DNA of 37,537 nucleotides, taken from IMG/VR virus record IMGVR_UViG_3300036793_000056, positions 1 through 37,537 of that record; one strand, given 5' to 3'. A program made the translations under genes and the position numbers. Origin of the DNA: a virus. Its lineage: Duplodnaviria; Caudoviricetes. Below the pieces are notes generated by a model, which saw nothing but the letters and a program-made list of their open reading frames with translations, made no database searches and was not told the origin of the DNA. This document shows positions 6,866 to 14,994 of the stretch, in pieces; the stretch's first letter is position 1; each line of letters starts with the position of its first letter.

Positions 6866-8653
6866 ATGGCGCGTCGATCTGAGGCTGATGACCTCAAGGC
6901 GTCGGTCTATAACGCCGACGGCAGTTTCAGCACTGAGCGCGCCGAGCTGATCTATCGCGAAATCAAGCGCGCCAAGTGGCCTGACGAGCAAAAAGTCGCC
7001 ATGATCACCTGGCTGCGGTCGGCGGCCCGGCGCGAGGAAATCAAGACGCGCTACGCCAATGCCGCCGACCTGGCGGCCAGCGTCGATCCCGATTTTGTGC
7101 GCACCCCGGCCATCGGGCTGATCAGCGACGAGATTGAGGCCGGGCCGCTGTCGCACCCGCAGCGCAACCTGATCATCACCATGCCCCCGCAGGAGGGTAA
7201 ATCGACCCTGGCGGCGGTATGGACGCCGATCAGGGCGTTGCAGCTCAATCCCAACCGGCGTGTCATCTTGGCCGCCTACGGCGACACGCTGGCTGAGGAG
7301 CACAGCTCCAAGATCAGGACGATTATCGGCAGCCACGGCACCGACGTGGTGGATTCGATCACGGGCATCAGGGTCGAAGACAAGATCGGCCTGAAACTCA
7401 GCTCGACGGCAAACCGGGTCAGCAGTTGGGGCATCGACGGTGGCATCGGCGGCCTCAAGGCCGTCGGTATCGGGTCGGCGATCACCGGCCGCGCGGCCGA
7501 CCTGTTCATCATTGACGACCCATTCAAAAACATGATGGAAGCCGACTCACCGGCCCACCGGCGCAAGATCAACGAGTGGATGAACACGGTCGCCAAGACA
7601 CGTCTCAGCCCGCAGGCGTCGATGATACTTATACAAACCCGGTGGCACCCCGAAGACCTCGCGGGCACCGTCATCGCTGGTGAGCGCGCCATGTTGCCCG
7701 AGCATCGCACTTGGAAGCTGATCAACATTCCCGCCATCGCTGAGGACAACGCCGACGCGACAAAGCACGGCCGCCCGGTCATCATCGACGCGCTCAACCG
7801 GCCGCCGGGTGAGGCGATGATCAGCACCCGTGGCCGCACCAAAGAACAATTCCTGGCGACCCGGCGATCGGTCGGTGACCGCACGTTCTACGCGATGTAC
7901 CAGGGCTCGCCGACCAACCCGGCCGGTGGCCTGTTTGCCCGGTCCTGGTTTGAGCCCCGGCTTGAGGCGGTGCCACCGATGCCGGTCGCGGCCGTGGTCG
8001 CCGTCGACCCGGCCGACAGCGGCGAGGGCGACGAGGTGGGCATCATCGGTGGCTATCTGGCGCAAGACGGCACGCGCATCTTGGCCGAGGACTGGTCAGC
8101 TCAGCTGAGCAGCGACGCCTGGGGCCAGCAGGTTGTGCGCCTGGCGCTGACGATGGGTGCGCGGGAAATAGCAATGGAGGCGTATGCGGCGGCAAACGCC
8201 TACGTCAACGTGATCAAGAGCGCGTGGCGGGCGATTCACGCCGACGCGCTGGAAAAGGCCGCCGCCGGTGCCGTGCTCGACCCCGTTGAGCAACGCGCCT
8301 GCGCGGCTGACATGCCGTTCACGATCTACAAATGGCGCACGCCCGGCGACCCGGTGGGCCGCGCCGCACAGCTGCGCCAGGCGCTTGAGACGCACCGTTG
8401 TCGGACGGTTGAGTACAAACTGGGCGTGTTTGAGTCGCAGGCGGCCGACTGGCAGGCCGGGCAGCACTGCCCTGACCGGGTGAGCGCGGCGATCATCTGT
8501 GATCATCGGCTGGCGGCGCTGGGCAGCGGTCAGATGAGCCTGGCCGCGCCGGTCACCCAACGGCCGACCGACGCGCCCGAGTGGATGAAACGGCGTGTTA
8601 CCGATCGGCCTCTCAACGCCAACCCGTTTATGCGCCGCAGTCTGGTGCGATAG
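6866..8653 (+). CDS. Terminase large subunit
   Basis: MPPQEGKS Walker A, FIIDDP Walker B, QTRWH motif, YQGSP linker, AVDPA nuclease motif, PDRVSA. Confidence 0.95.
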   Translation: MARRSEADDLKASVYNADGSFSTERAELIYREIKRAKWPDEQKVAMITWLRSAARREEIKTRYANAADLAASVDPDFVRTPAIGLISDEIEAGPLSHPQRNLIITMPPQEGKSTLAAVWTPIRALQLNPNRRVILAAYGDTLAEEHSSKIRTIIGSHGTDVVDSITGIRVEDKIGLKLSSTANRVSSWGIDGGIGGLKAVGIGSAITGRAADLFIIDDPFKNMMEADSPAHRRKINEWMNTVAKTRLSPQASMILIQTRWHPEDLAGTVIAGERAMLPEHRTWKLINIPAIAEDNADATKHGRPVIIDALNRPPGEAMISTRGRTKEQFLATRRSVGDRTFYAMYQGSPTNPAGGLFARSWFEPRLEAVPPMPVAAVVAVDPADSGEGDEVGIIGGYLAQDGTRILAEDWSAQLSSDAWGQQVVRLALTMGAREIAMEAYAAANAYVNVIKSAWRAIHADALEKAAAGAVLDPVEQRACAADMPFTIYKWRTPGDPVGRAAQLRQALETHRCRTVEYKLGVFESQAADWQAGQHCPDRVSAAIICDHRLAALGSGQMSLAAPVTQRPTDAPEWMKRRVTDRPLNANPFMRRSLVR

Positions 8654-8657
8654 ACCC

Positions 8658-8906
8658 ATGTGGCGATTCAGAATGGGCGTGCTGGTGCCGCTGGCGCTGT
8701 TGGCGGTGTCGGTCGGCATTCGTGTCAAGAGTCACGCCGATTACTGGCACCCGTGGGAACTGCCGTGGACGTTTTGGCTGATCATCACCGTGATCAGCTC
8801 TATGTTCGTCGGCGTCGGGGCGGCGATGGTCTGGCGATGCGAGCCGCGCAAAAAGCCGTTTGACCACGACGCGGTGCAGCTCGACGCCGACAACAATGCC
8901 GACTAG
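8658..8906 (+). CDS. Small two-TM membrane protein, 82 aa
   Basis: ATG 8658 just after the terminase stop. Two hydrophobic segments. Confidence 0.6.
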   Translation: MWRFRMGVLVPLALLAVSVGIRVKSHADYWHPWELPWTFWLIITVISSMFVGVGAAMVWRCEPRKKPFDHDAVQLDADNNAD

Positions 8907-9100
8907 CGGTTCAAGTGCTCAGTGAGCGCGTCACGTAGACGCTCGATATCGGCGCGATTGAGAAAGCCATCGCCGCACTCGCCGGTGTAGACGCGCAGTT
9001 CTGCACCCTCAGGGTAGTAATCGCGGTCGCGATCGTCGGGACTGGTAAACGTCACGCCCTCGCCGTTGTGCGGGTAGTCGTCAAAGACGATGTGCGTCAC
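8903..9100 (-). CDS. Hypothetical protein, 65 aa (MTHIVFDDYP...)
   Basis: GTG at 9100 overlaps the RuvC stop (GTGA). Confidence 0.65.
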   Translation of the reverse strand: MTHIVFDDYPHNGEGVTFTSPDDRDRDYYPEGAELRVYTGECGDGFLNRADIERLRDALTEHLNR

Positions 9101-9663
9101 GCCGCGACCTTGCTCATAAATTCGAGGTTGACCTTGGGCACGCTGTCGATCGGGCAGCCCAGATACCGGCAACCGATCGCGCAAATGACGGTGGCGTCGG
9201 CCTCGTTGTTGTTGGTGATGCCCACGTCGGGATAGCGTCGGCTGGCGGCCAGCAGCACGGTGTCTTTGTCAGCGTTGCCCTTGCCGGTGGCGTACTTTTT
9301 GACGCAGGTGACGTTGACAATCACCAGGTCGACGTCGTGCTTCTCGCACAGCCTGATGATTTCGCCCCAAATCCACGGCAGCACCCATGCCGCCGACCCC
9401 TTGGCCCCGTAGGCCAGTTCTTCCAAGGCCACCAGGTCGACGCCCTCTAGTGCGCCCTCAATCTGGTCAAGCAGCGCGGTGACCCGGCGCGCCATCGCGC
9501 GCTTGCTGGTGTCGGCCTTTTTGGGGCCGGGGGCGCTGACGGTGCACACGGCCACGTCGGCCAGCCAGGGCGTGCCGGGATTGGGTCTGTTGGCGGTGTG
9601 CACGTCGGCGCGGCACAGGCCGGTCGCCGTCAGTGAGCTGTCGATACCAAGTACGCGGGGCAT
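9097..9663 (-). CDS. ruvC: RuvC-like Holliday junction resolvase
   Basis: VLGIDSSLTATG, VALEE, VKKYATGKGNADK, NNEADA. Confidence 0.93.
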   Translation of the reverse strand: MPRVLGIDSSLTATGLCRADVHTANRPNPGTPWLADVAVCTVSAPGPKKADTSKRAMARRVTALLDQIEGALEGVDLVALEELAYGAKGSAAWVLPWIWGEIIRLCEKHDVDLVIVNVTCVKKYATGKGNADKDTVLLAASRRYPDVGITNNNEADATVICAIGCRYLGCPIDSVPKVNLEFMSKVAA

Positions 9664-9669
9664 GGTGCC

Positions 9670-9697
9670 ACCTTAATGCCATCGGGGTCGGTATTGT
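9670..9697. promoter_or_regulatory. Back-to-back leaderless promoters: TAAGGT (minus, 9670-9675) and TATTGT (plus, 9692-9697)
   Basis: 6 nt to the RuvC ATG (9663) and 7 nt to ATG 9705. Confidence 0.6.
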
Positions 9698-9704
9698 CGA
9701 CGCC

Positions 9705-10106
9705 ATGCTATTGACACTCGTCATCTATGTGCTGGCCGTTGCCCGGCTCACCCGGCTGATCAACGGCGACACGATACTGGACCCGGCCCGGCTCTGGCTG
9801 GCCACGCGGCAAAAGCAGCACTGGTCGATCGCTCACGGGTTGCAGGCCAACCTTGACCAGGCTGAGCTGTACGACCATCACCGCGACGTCGCCCGGCGCT
9901 GGCAGACGGCGCTCTACTTTGTGCAGTGCCCGTGGTGCGTGGGCATGTGGCTGACGATGGCGACCGCGTGGTTGCCGATTTACTACAGCGACAACCCGGT
10001 AGTGCGCTATGTCGGCATCGCCCTGGCGACCAGTCACCTGATCGGCGTGTTCGCTTTCGCGGCCGACACCGAAGAGGTCGACTACGAGGACGAAACCGTC
10101 AACTGA
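9705..10106 (+). CDS. DUF1360-like membrane protein
   Basis: LAVARLTRLINGD.I.D..R and CPWCVGMW motifs. Start moved to ATG 9705. Confidence 0.8.
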   Translation: MLLTLVIYVLAVARLTRLINGDTILDPARLWLATRQKQHWSIAHGLQANLDQAELYDHHRDVARRWQTALYFVQCPWCVGMWLTMATAWLPIYYSDNPVVRYVGIALATSHLIGVFAFAADTEEVDYEDETVN

Positions 10107-10119
10107 CACGCTGAGCCGC

Positions 10120-10125
10120 TAACCT
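10120..10125 (+). promoter_or_regulatory. -10 box TAACCT, leaderless portal transcript
   Basis: 6 nt upstream of ATG 10132. Confidence 0.65.
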
Positions 10126-10131
10126 GAGCCA

Positions 10132-11997
10132 ATGGCTGGTGCCCTTCGCGTGGTTCGTCGTCCCAAGGGGCAAGCAGCCCGGCGCACGTCGCTGACGGCA
10201 GCCAGTCAGCCGGTCACCGACTCGTCGCAGATGTTCAAGCCGACGGTTGGCGTTGGCGTCGGCACCAGCAGCAACGCCTGGCAGGAAATCGCCTGGGAAA
10301 TGCTTGATCTGGTCGGTGAACTGCGCTACTACGTCGGCTGGGTCGCCGCGTCGTGCTCGCGGGTCAAGTTGATCGCCTCAGAGCTAGACGACGACGGCGT
10401 GCCGACCGGCAAGTGCAGCAACACCCGCGTGCAGGAAATCGTCGCCGCCATCGCGGGCGGTCGACTGGGCCAGGCGCAGATGATCAAGCGCGCCGTTCCC
10501 TGCCTCAAAGTGCCTGGTGAGACGTGGATAGCGATCATCATGGGCCTGCCCGGTGGGCCGCCTGCGGGCACCTGGCTGGCGCTGAGCCGCGATGAGATAC
10601 AGACCAAAGGCAAGATCGTCACCGTTACGCTGCCCGACGGCAAAAAGCGTGATCTGAATTTCAACGGGGCCAACGCCGACTCGCTGTTGCGCGTTTGGGA
10701 TCCGCGACCGCGCCGGGCCTATGAGCCCGACAGCGCCGTGCGCGCCGCACTTGACCCGCTGCACGAAATCGTGCGAACCACCAAAACCATTGCCAACGCC
10801 AGTAAGTCGCGTCTGATCGGCAACGGCATCGTGCTGGTGCCAACCGAGATGAGCCTGCCCACGCAGGCCACGCCGGTCAGCGCAGGCAAGCCCGGCGACC
10901 CGACGGTGCCCGTCGCCAATCAGCCTGCGGTCACCCAGCTGCAAGAGCTGCTGTTTCAGGTCGCGCAGACCGCCTACGACGACCCCGACAGCATGGCCGC
11001 GCTCATCCCGATCTTTGCCGGTGTGTCGGCTGAGCACATCAAAGACATATCGCACGTCAAGTTCGACAACGAGGTCACGGTCCTCGCGATTCAGACCCGT
11101 AACGACGCGATCACCCGGCTGGCGATGGCGCTCGACGTCTCACCTGAGCGCCTGCTGGGCCTGGGCAGCAGCACCAATCACTGGTCGGCCTGGCAGATCG
11201 GCGACACCGATGTGCAGATTCACATCAGCCCGGTCATGGAACTGCTCTGCGCGGCGATCACCAGAGACATTCTCAGCGTGGTGCTTGAGCGCGAGGGCAT
11301 CGACGCCAGCAAGTATGTGCTCTGGTATGACCCATCGGGCCTGACCAGCGACCCCGACAAGTCAGATCAAGCCAGCGACGCCTTTGACCGTGGTGCCATC
11401 ACCGCCGAGGCATACCGCGAGTTTTTGAACCTGGGCGACACCGGCTACGACCTGGTAAACGGCGGCCTCAAGGAATGGCAGCGTTGGGCCGCCGACCGGG
11501 TGAGCCAGGACCCGACACTGCTGCAACCGCTGATGCCGCTGCTGCCCTCAGCCATCGAAGGGCTCGACTTCCCGGTGCCGGTACCGGCGCTGCCGCCCGC
11601 GCCCGCCGACAACACCGACGTCGAGGACGACTCAGACACCCAGAGCGACGGCCAGCCCGGCAGCGCCAACGACGACCCGCCCAGCGAGCGCGAGACGCGC
11701 GCCGTCGATAACGTCAGCGCCTTTGAGCGTGTGTTTGTCACCAGGGCGCTTGACCTGGCTGGTAAGCGCCGCGTCACGCGGTCTGATCGCGGTCGGCTGT
11801 CGGCCTACAAACCGCACGAGTATCACCGCATGATGCCGCCGGTCGACCCAACCCAGATACCTGAGCTGATCAGAGGGTGGGACGACACGCTGGAAGATGC
11901 CGTCATCGAAATGATCGGTGCCGACAGCGAGGCGTTCCGCGCGCGGGTACGTGCCGAGGTACGCCGCCAGCTCACGACACAGGTGGTCAACGCCTGA
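10132..11997 (+). CDS. Portal protein
   Basis: 621 aa, position after terminase, cluster B-type motifs (WQ..AW...D.VGELRYYVGW, SRLIGNG, NHWSAW). Confidence 0.9.
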   Translation: MAGALRVVRRPKGQAARRTSLTAASQPVTDSSQMFKPTVGVGVGTSSNAWQEIAWEMLDLVGELRYYVGWVAASCSRVKLIASELDDDGVPTGKCSNTRVQEIVAAIAGGRLGQAQMIKRAVPCLKVPGETWIAIIMGLPGGPPAGTWLALSRDEIQTKGKIVTVTLPDGKKRDLNFNGANADSLLRVWDPRPRRAYEPDSAVRAALDPLHEIVRTTKTIANASKSRLIGNGIVLVPTEMSLPTQATPVSAGKPGDPTVPVANQPAVTQLQELLFQVAQTAYDDPDSMAALIPIFAGVSAEHIKDISHVKFDNEVTVLAIQTRNDAITRLAMALDVSPERLLGLGSSTNHWSAWQIGDTDVQIHISPVMELLCAAITRDILSVVLEREGIDASKYVLWYDPSGLTSDPDKSDQASDAFDRGAITAEAYREFLNLGDTGYDLVNGGLKEWQRWAADRVSQDPTLLQPLMPLLPSAIEGLDFPVPVPALPPAPADNTDVEDDSDTQSDGQPGSANDDPPSERETRAVDNVSAFERVFVTRALDLAGKRRVTRSDRGRLSAYKPHEYHRMMPPVDPTQIPELIRGWDDTLEDAVIEMIGADSEAFRARVRAEVRRQLTTQVVNA

Positions 11998-14534
11998 TGT
12001 GGCCGCAGAGCAAAGGCGAGGCGCTAGATCACACGCTGGCGGCTGAGCAGGCGATCAGCGACCTGGTGAGCGCGGCGCTGAGTCAATGGCTTGACGGGCC
12101 GCTACACCGGGAAGTCTTGCCGACCCTGGCCAGCCAGCTGGCGGCGTCGGGGTCAAGCTACAACGGCGACCCGAATCAGCCGCCACCCGATAAGCAATTT
12201 TTGCCGCCGAACATTGCGGCTTTCACATCTGCCACCAGCGCGGGGCGTTGGGATCAGTTGTCCTCAGACCTGATCCTAACGGGCCTGGCCGTCATTTGGG
12301 CGTTAGCGTTTACACAGACTCGATCCTCCCTCCACAACGGAGACGATGACGGGGTTGTCGGCGTGTCGCCCGGCGACGTGGCTGCGGTCAGACCGCCCGC
12401 CGATGTGCTCAAAGTGGTCGCGCGGGCGACGTCGATGACCCCTGACCAGATCGCTCAGGCGGTGGCTGAGACTGAGCACACCACCGGCGCGCCGACGTCG
12501 CGTAACGATCTGCTGGCTCAGTTCCAGACCTACATCAACGACATACCGGCGCTGGTCGCCCGATCGGTGCAGGCTGCGGTCAACAACCTTGACCAGGCGG
12601 CTGCGGCCGATGAGCGCCAGGTGCGCGTGACGATCAGCCAGACGATGAACCCGGCCAGCGTAGAGATGCGCGATCTGGCCCGCGACCAGGGCTATCAGGC
12701 TGCGGGCGTGCAGAACCATGCGGTGCTGGCAGCGGCACGATCAGGTGACGACGCCGACGATCTGGAAAAGGTATGGATAGCCACCATCGACAGCCGCACG
12801 CGCGATACCCACTTCGCCGCCGACGGCCAGCGGGCACCGCTGCGGGGTAAGTTCACCGTCGGTGGAGTGCAGCTTGATCGACCGGGTGACCCTACGGGGC
12901 CAGCGCGCGAGGTACGGAACTGCCGGTGTCGTGTTGGCGTGCTGGCAGCTGGCGAGACACTGCCTGACGAAATTGACCGACACACTGAGCGATTGGCTGG
13001 TCGCGATGCTACGGCGAGCCGTCGAACGGGAAGCCAGCAAGACGAGATTGACCGGCGCGCCGACAAGGGCGTGGTACGGGCGCGTGAGGACGACGACGGC
13101 ATCGGCAGAACAGCATCAGGAGGTACGGAAATGGGCAACGTGACAGCAGCAGTCGGGGATCAGACCGCCGACGGCGGCACCATCGTCGCTGAGGGCATCA
13201 TCACCGACGACGGCACCACGGTGTTTACCGACACCGGCGACGACACTGACGCTGAGATGTACCGCACGTTCACCGACCAGCCGGTGGCGCAGATCGGTGT
13301 GCCGACCAGCGATGGTCGCCTGATCGCCAGCGACGTCGACATGACCATGCGCGAGATGCCGCTGCCGCTCATGTGGATGAAGCAGACCGGCAGCGGTTTC
13401 GGTGGCCACACTGAGGCGTTCACCGTCGGCGTCATTGAGTCGGCCAAGGTCGACGGCGCGGTGGTCAGCGCCAGCGGCTATTTGCTCAACACGCCGGAAG
13501 CCGACGAGGCCGCAGGCGAGCTGGCCCACGGGGTCAGCGGCCCGTCGGTTGACCTGGCCGCCACCGAGTGGAAGCTGACCGACGCCGACGGCAAGGAAAT
13601 CAGCGAGGAGGATTGGTACGACCTACCAATTGACGCTGAGGTCTACCAGACCATCACCGCTGCTGAGCTGATCGGCACCACGCTGGTCGCGACGCCAGCG
13701 TTCGGATCGACCAAACTGGCGCTTGACGCTGAGCGCCAGTCGCGCAACGTCGCGGTGGTCGCCAGCGCGGCGGCCGACTTCCGGCCACGGGTGTACCCGG
13801 CCCGGTTCTTTGCCGACCCTCAGCTGACCGGGCCGACGCTACCCACGATGGACGACGACGGCCGAATCTTCGGTCACCTGGCCTGCTTTGGTGAGTGCCA
13901 TCGGTCGATCCAAAGCCAGTGCGTGATGGCCCCACGCAGCAAGACGGGCTACAGCCACTTTCACACCAGCCCGGCGGTACGCCTTGACGACGGCAGCAGC
14001 ATTCCCGTCGGCCGCCTCACGGTCGGCACCGGCCACGCCGACGATCGCATCAGCGGGGGCGCGGCGATGGCGCACTACGACAACACCGGCACATGCTTTG
14101 CCCTGGTGCGCGTCGGTGAGGACGCACACGGTGTGTGGTTCTCAGGCGTGGCTAACCCGACGGCGACCGCTGAGCAGGTCGAGGCCGGTATCAGCGCGCC
14201 GCTGTCGGGCGACTGGCGCAGCTTTGGCGCGGGCCTTGAGCTGGTGGCGGCGCTGGCCGTTAACACGCCGGGCTTCGCGGCCCGTGGCCGTGAGGACGAT
14301 CGGGGTCGCCCGGTGACCCTGGTCGCCAGCCTGGGACCGTCGCCCTTGAGCAAGACGGCACTGCGCGGCCCGTCGCTGACGCTGGCCGATATCCGCAACG
14401 CGGTCAAGGCCGCGCTGGACGAGCGCGACCGCGCAACCGAGACAATGGAACTGCTCAACCGGGCACGCTTGACCGTCGGCGACCCGCCGACACCCAATGA
14501 GGAAATCGCCGCACTACTGGGAGGCCGAAAGTGA
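11997..14534 (+). CDS. MuF-like / capsid maturation protease fusion
   Basis: ATG 11997 overlaps the portal stop (TGATG). MuF motif KVWIATIDSRTRDTH..ADGQ...PGDP...NCRC, followed by a protease-type region (PTSDGR, GGH, GPSVDL, TLVATPAF). Confidence 0.88.
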   Translation: MWPQSKGEALDHTLAAEQAISDLVSAALSQWLDGPLHREVLPTLASQLAASGSSYNGDPNQPPPDKQFLPPNIAAFTSATSAGRWDQLSSDLILTGLAVIWALAFTQTRSSLHNGDDDGVVGVSPGDVAAVRPPADVLKVVARATSMTPDQIAQAVAETEHTTGAPTSRNDLLAQFQTYINDIPALVARSVQAAVNNLDQAAAADERQVRVTISQTMNPASVEMRDLARDQGYQAAGVQNHAVLAAARSGDDADDLEKVWIATIDSRTRDTHFAADGQRAPLRGKFTVGGVQLDRPGDPTGPAREVRNCRCRVGVLAAGETLPDEIDRHTERLAGRDATASRRTGSQQDEIDRRADKGVVRAREDDDGIGRTASGGTEMGNVTAAVGDQTADGGTIVAEGIITDDGTTVFTDTGDDTDAEMYRTFTDQPVAQIGVPTSDGRLIASDVDMTMREMPLPLMWMKQTGSGFGGHTEAFTVGVIESAKVDGAVVSASGYLLNTPEADEAAGELAHGVSGPSVDLAATEWKLTDADGKEISEEDWYDLPIDAEVYQTITAAELIGTTLVATPAFGSTKLALDAERQSRNVAVVASAAADFRPRVYPARFFADPQLTGPTLPTMDDDGRIFGHLACFGECHRSIQSQCVMAPRSKTGYSHFHTSPAVRLDDGSSIPVGRLTVGTGHADDRISGGAAMAHYDNTGTCFALVRVGEDAHGVWFSGVANPTATAEQVEAGISAPLSGDWRSFGAGLELVAALAVNTPGFAARGREDDRGRPVTLVASLGPSPLSKTALRGPSLTLADIRNAVKAALDERDRATETMELLNRARLTVGDPPTPNEEIAALLGGRK

Positions 14535-14665
14535 TCACTCTGGGAATCTTGCTGCTGGTGCTTTACCTGTTTTTCCGGCACCCGGTGCTGTGGATGACCG
14601 GCGGCCTGCTGCTGGTGATCGGCGTTGTGCTGATGGTGACCGCCGGTCATTACGCCTACTACTGA
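14531..14665 (+). CDS. 44-aa two-TM membrane protein, DUF6131-like (MITLGILLLVLYLFFRHPVLWMTGGLLLVIGVVLMVTAGHYAYY)
   Basis: Translated by hand. GTGA and TGATG overlaps at both ends. Confidence 0.7.
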   Translation: MITLGILLLVLYLFFRHPVLWMTGGLLLVIGVVLMVTAGHYAYY

Positions 14666-14880
14666 TGGGCTGCAACTGCGGCAAAAATCGGGTCGGTGCC
14701 CGCACGACCGTGAGTGGCACTAACGGGCAAAAGGCCACGTTTCTGGGCTACCAGGTGTGCTACCCCGACGGCACCTGCACGCCCAAAGATCAGCCGATCT
14801 TTTCGATGGTCGAGTGCCGAACCAAGATTCGTGAGGCTGGCGGCGGCACGGTGCATCGGCTACTCAAGCCGGTCGCCTGA
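14665..14880 (+). CDS. Small MGCNCG-start actinophage protein, 71 aa
   Basis: ATG overlaps the previous stop. The MGCNCG N-terminus recurs in genes before actinophage capsid genes (recall). Confidence 0.75.
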   Translation: MGCNCGKNRVGARTTVSGTNGQKATFLGYQVCYPDGTCTPKDQPIFSMVECRTKIREAGGGTVHRLLKPVA

Positions 14881-14889
14881 TCGGGCGTT

Positions 14890-14910
14890 TGCACGCCGTT
14901 CTCCTAACGT
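14890..14910 (+). promoter_or_regulatory. Putative late promoter TGCACG-N9-TAACGT
   Basis: Intergenic. Near-identical element at 20995-21015. Confidence 0.6.
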
Positions 14911-14994
14911 CTGCGAGCAGAGAGTTACCGCTGGCTACGGGCCGAGTGACGATCGCCGAACGACCGATATGTCCGATGAGACAGGAGCACGCCA

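Noticed and set aside
11877-11996. Upstream extensions of track ORFs (11877, 9633, 14497, 23826, 24353, 3292, 2553)
   Set aside because: Most overlap neighbouring genes or promoters. Downstream starts with stop-start coupling, an SD or a -10 box fit better.
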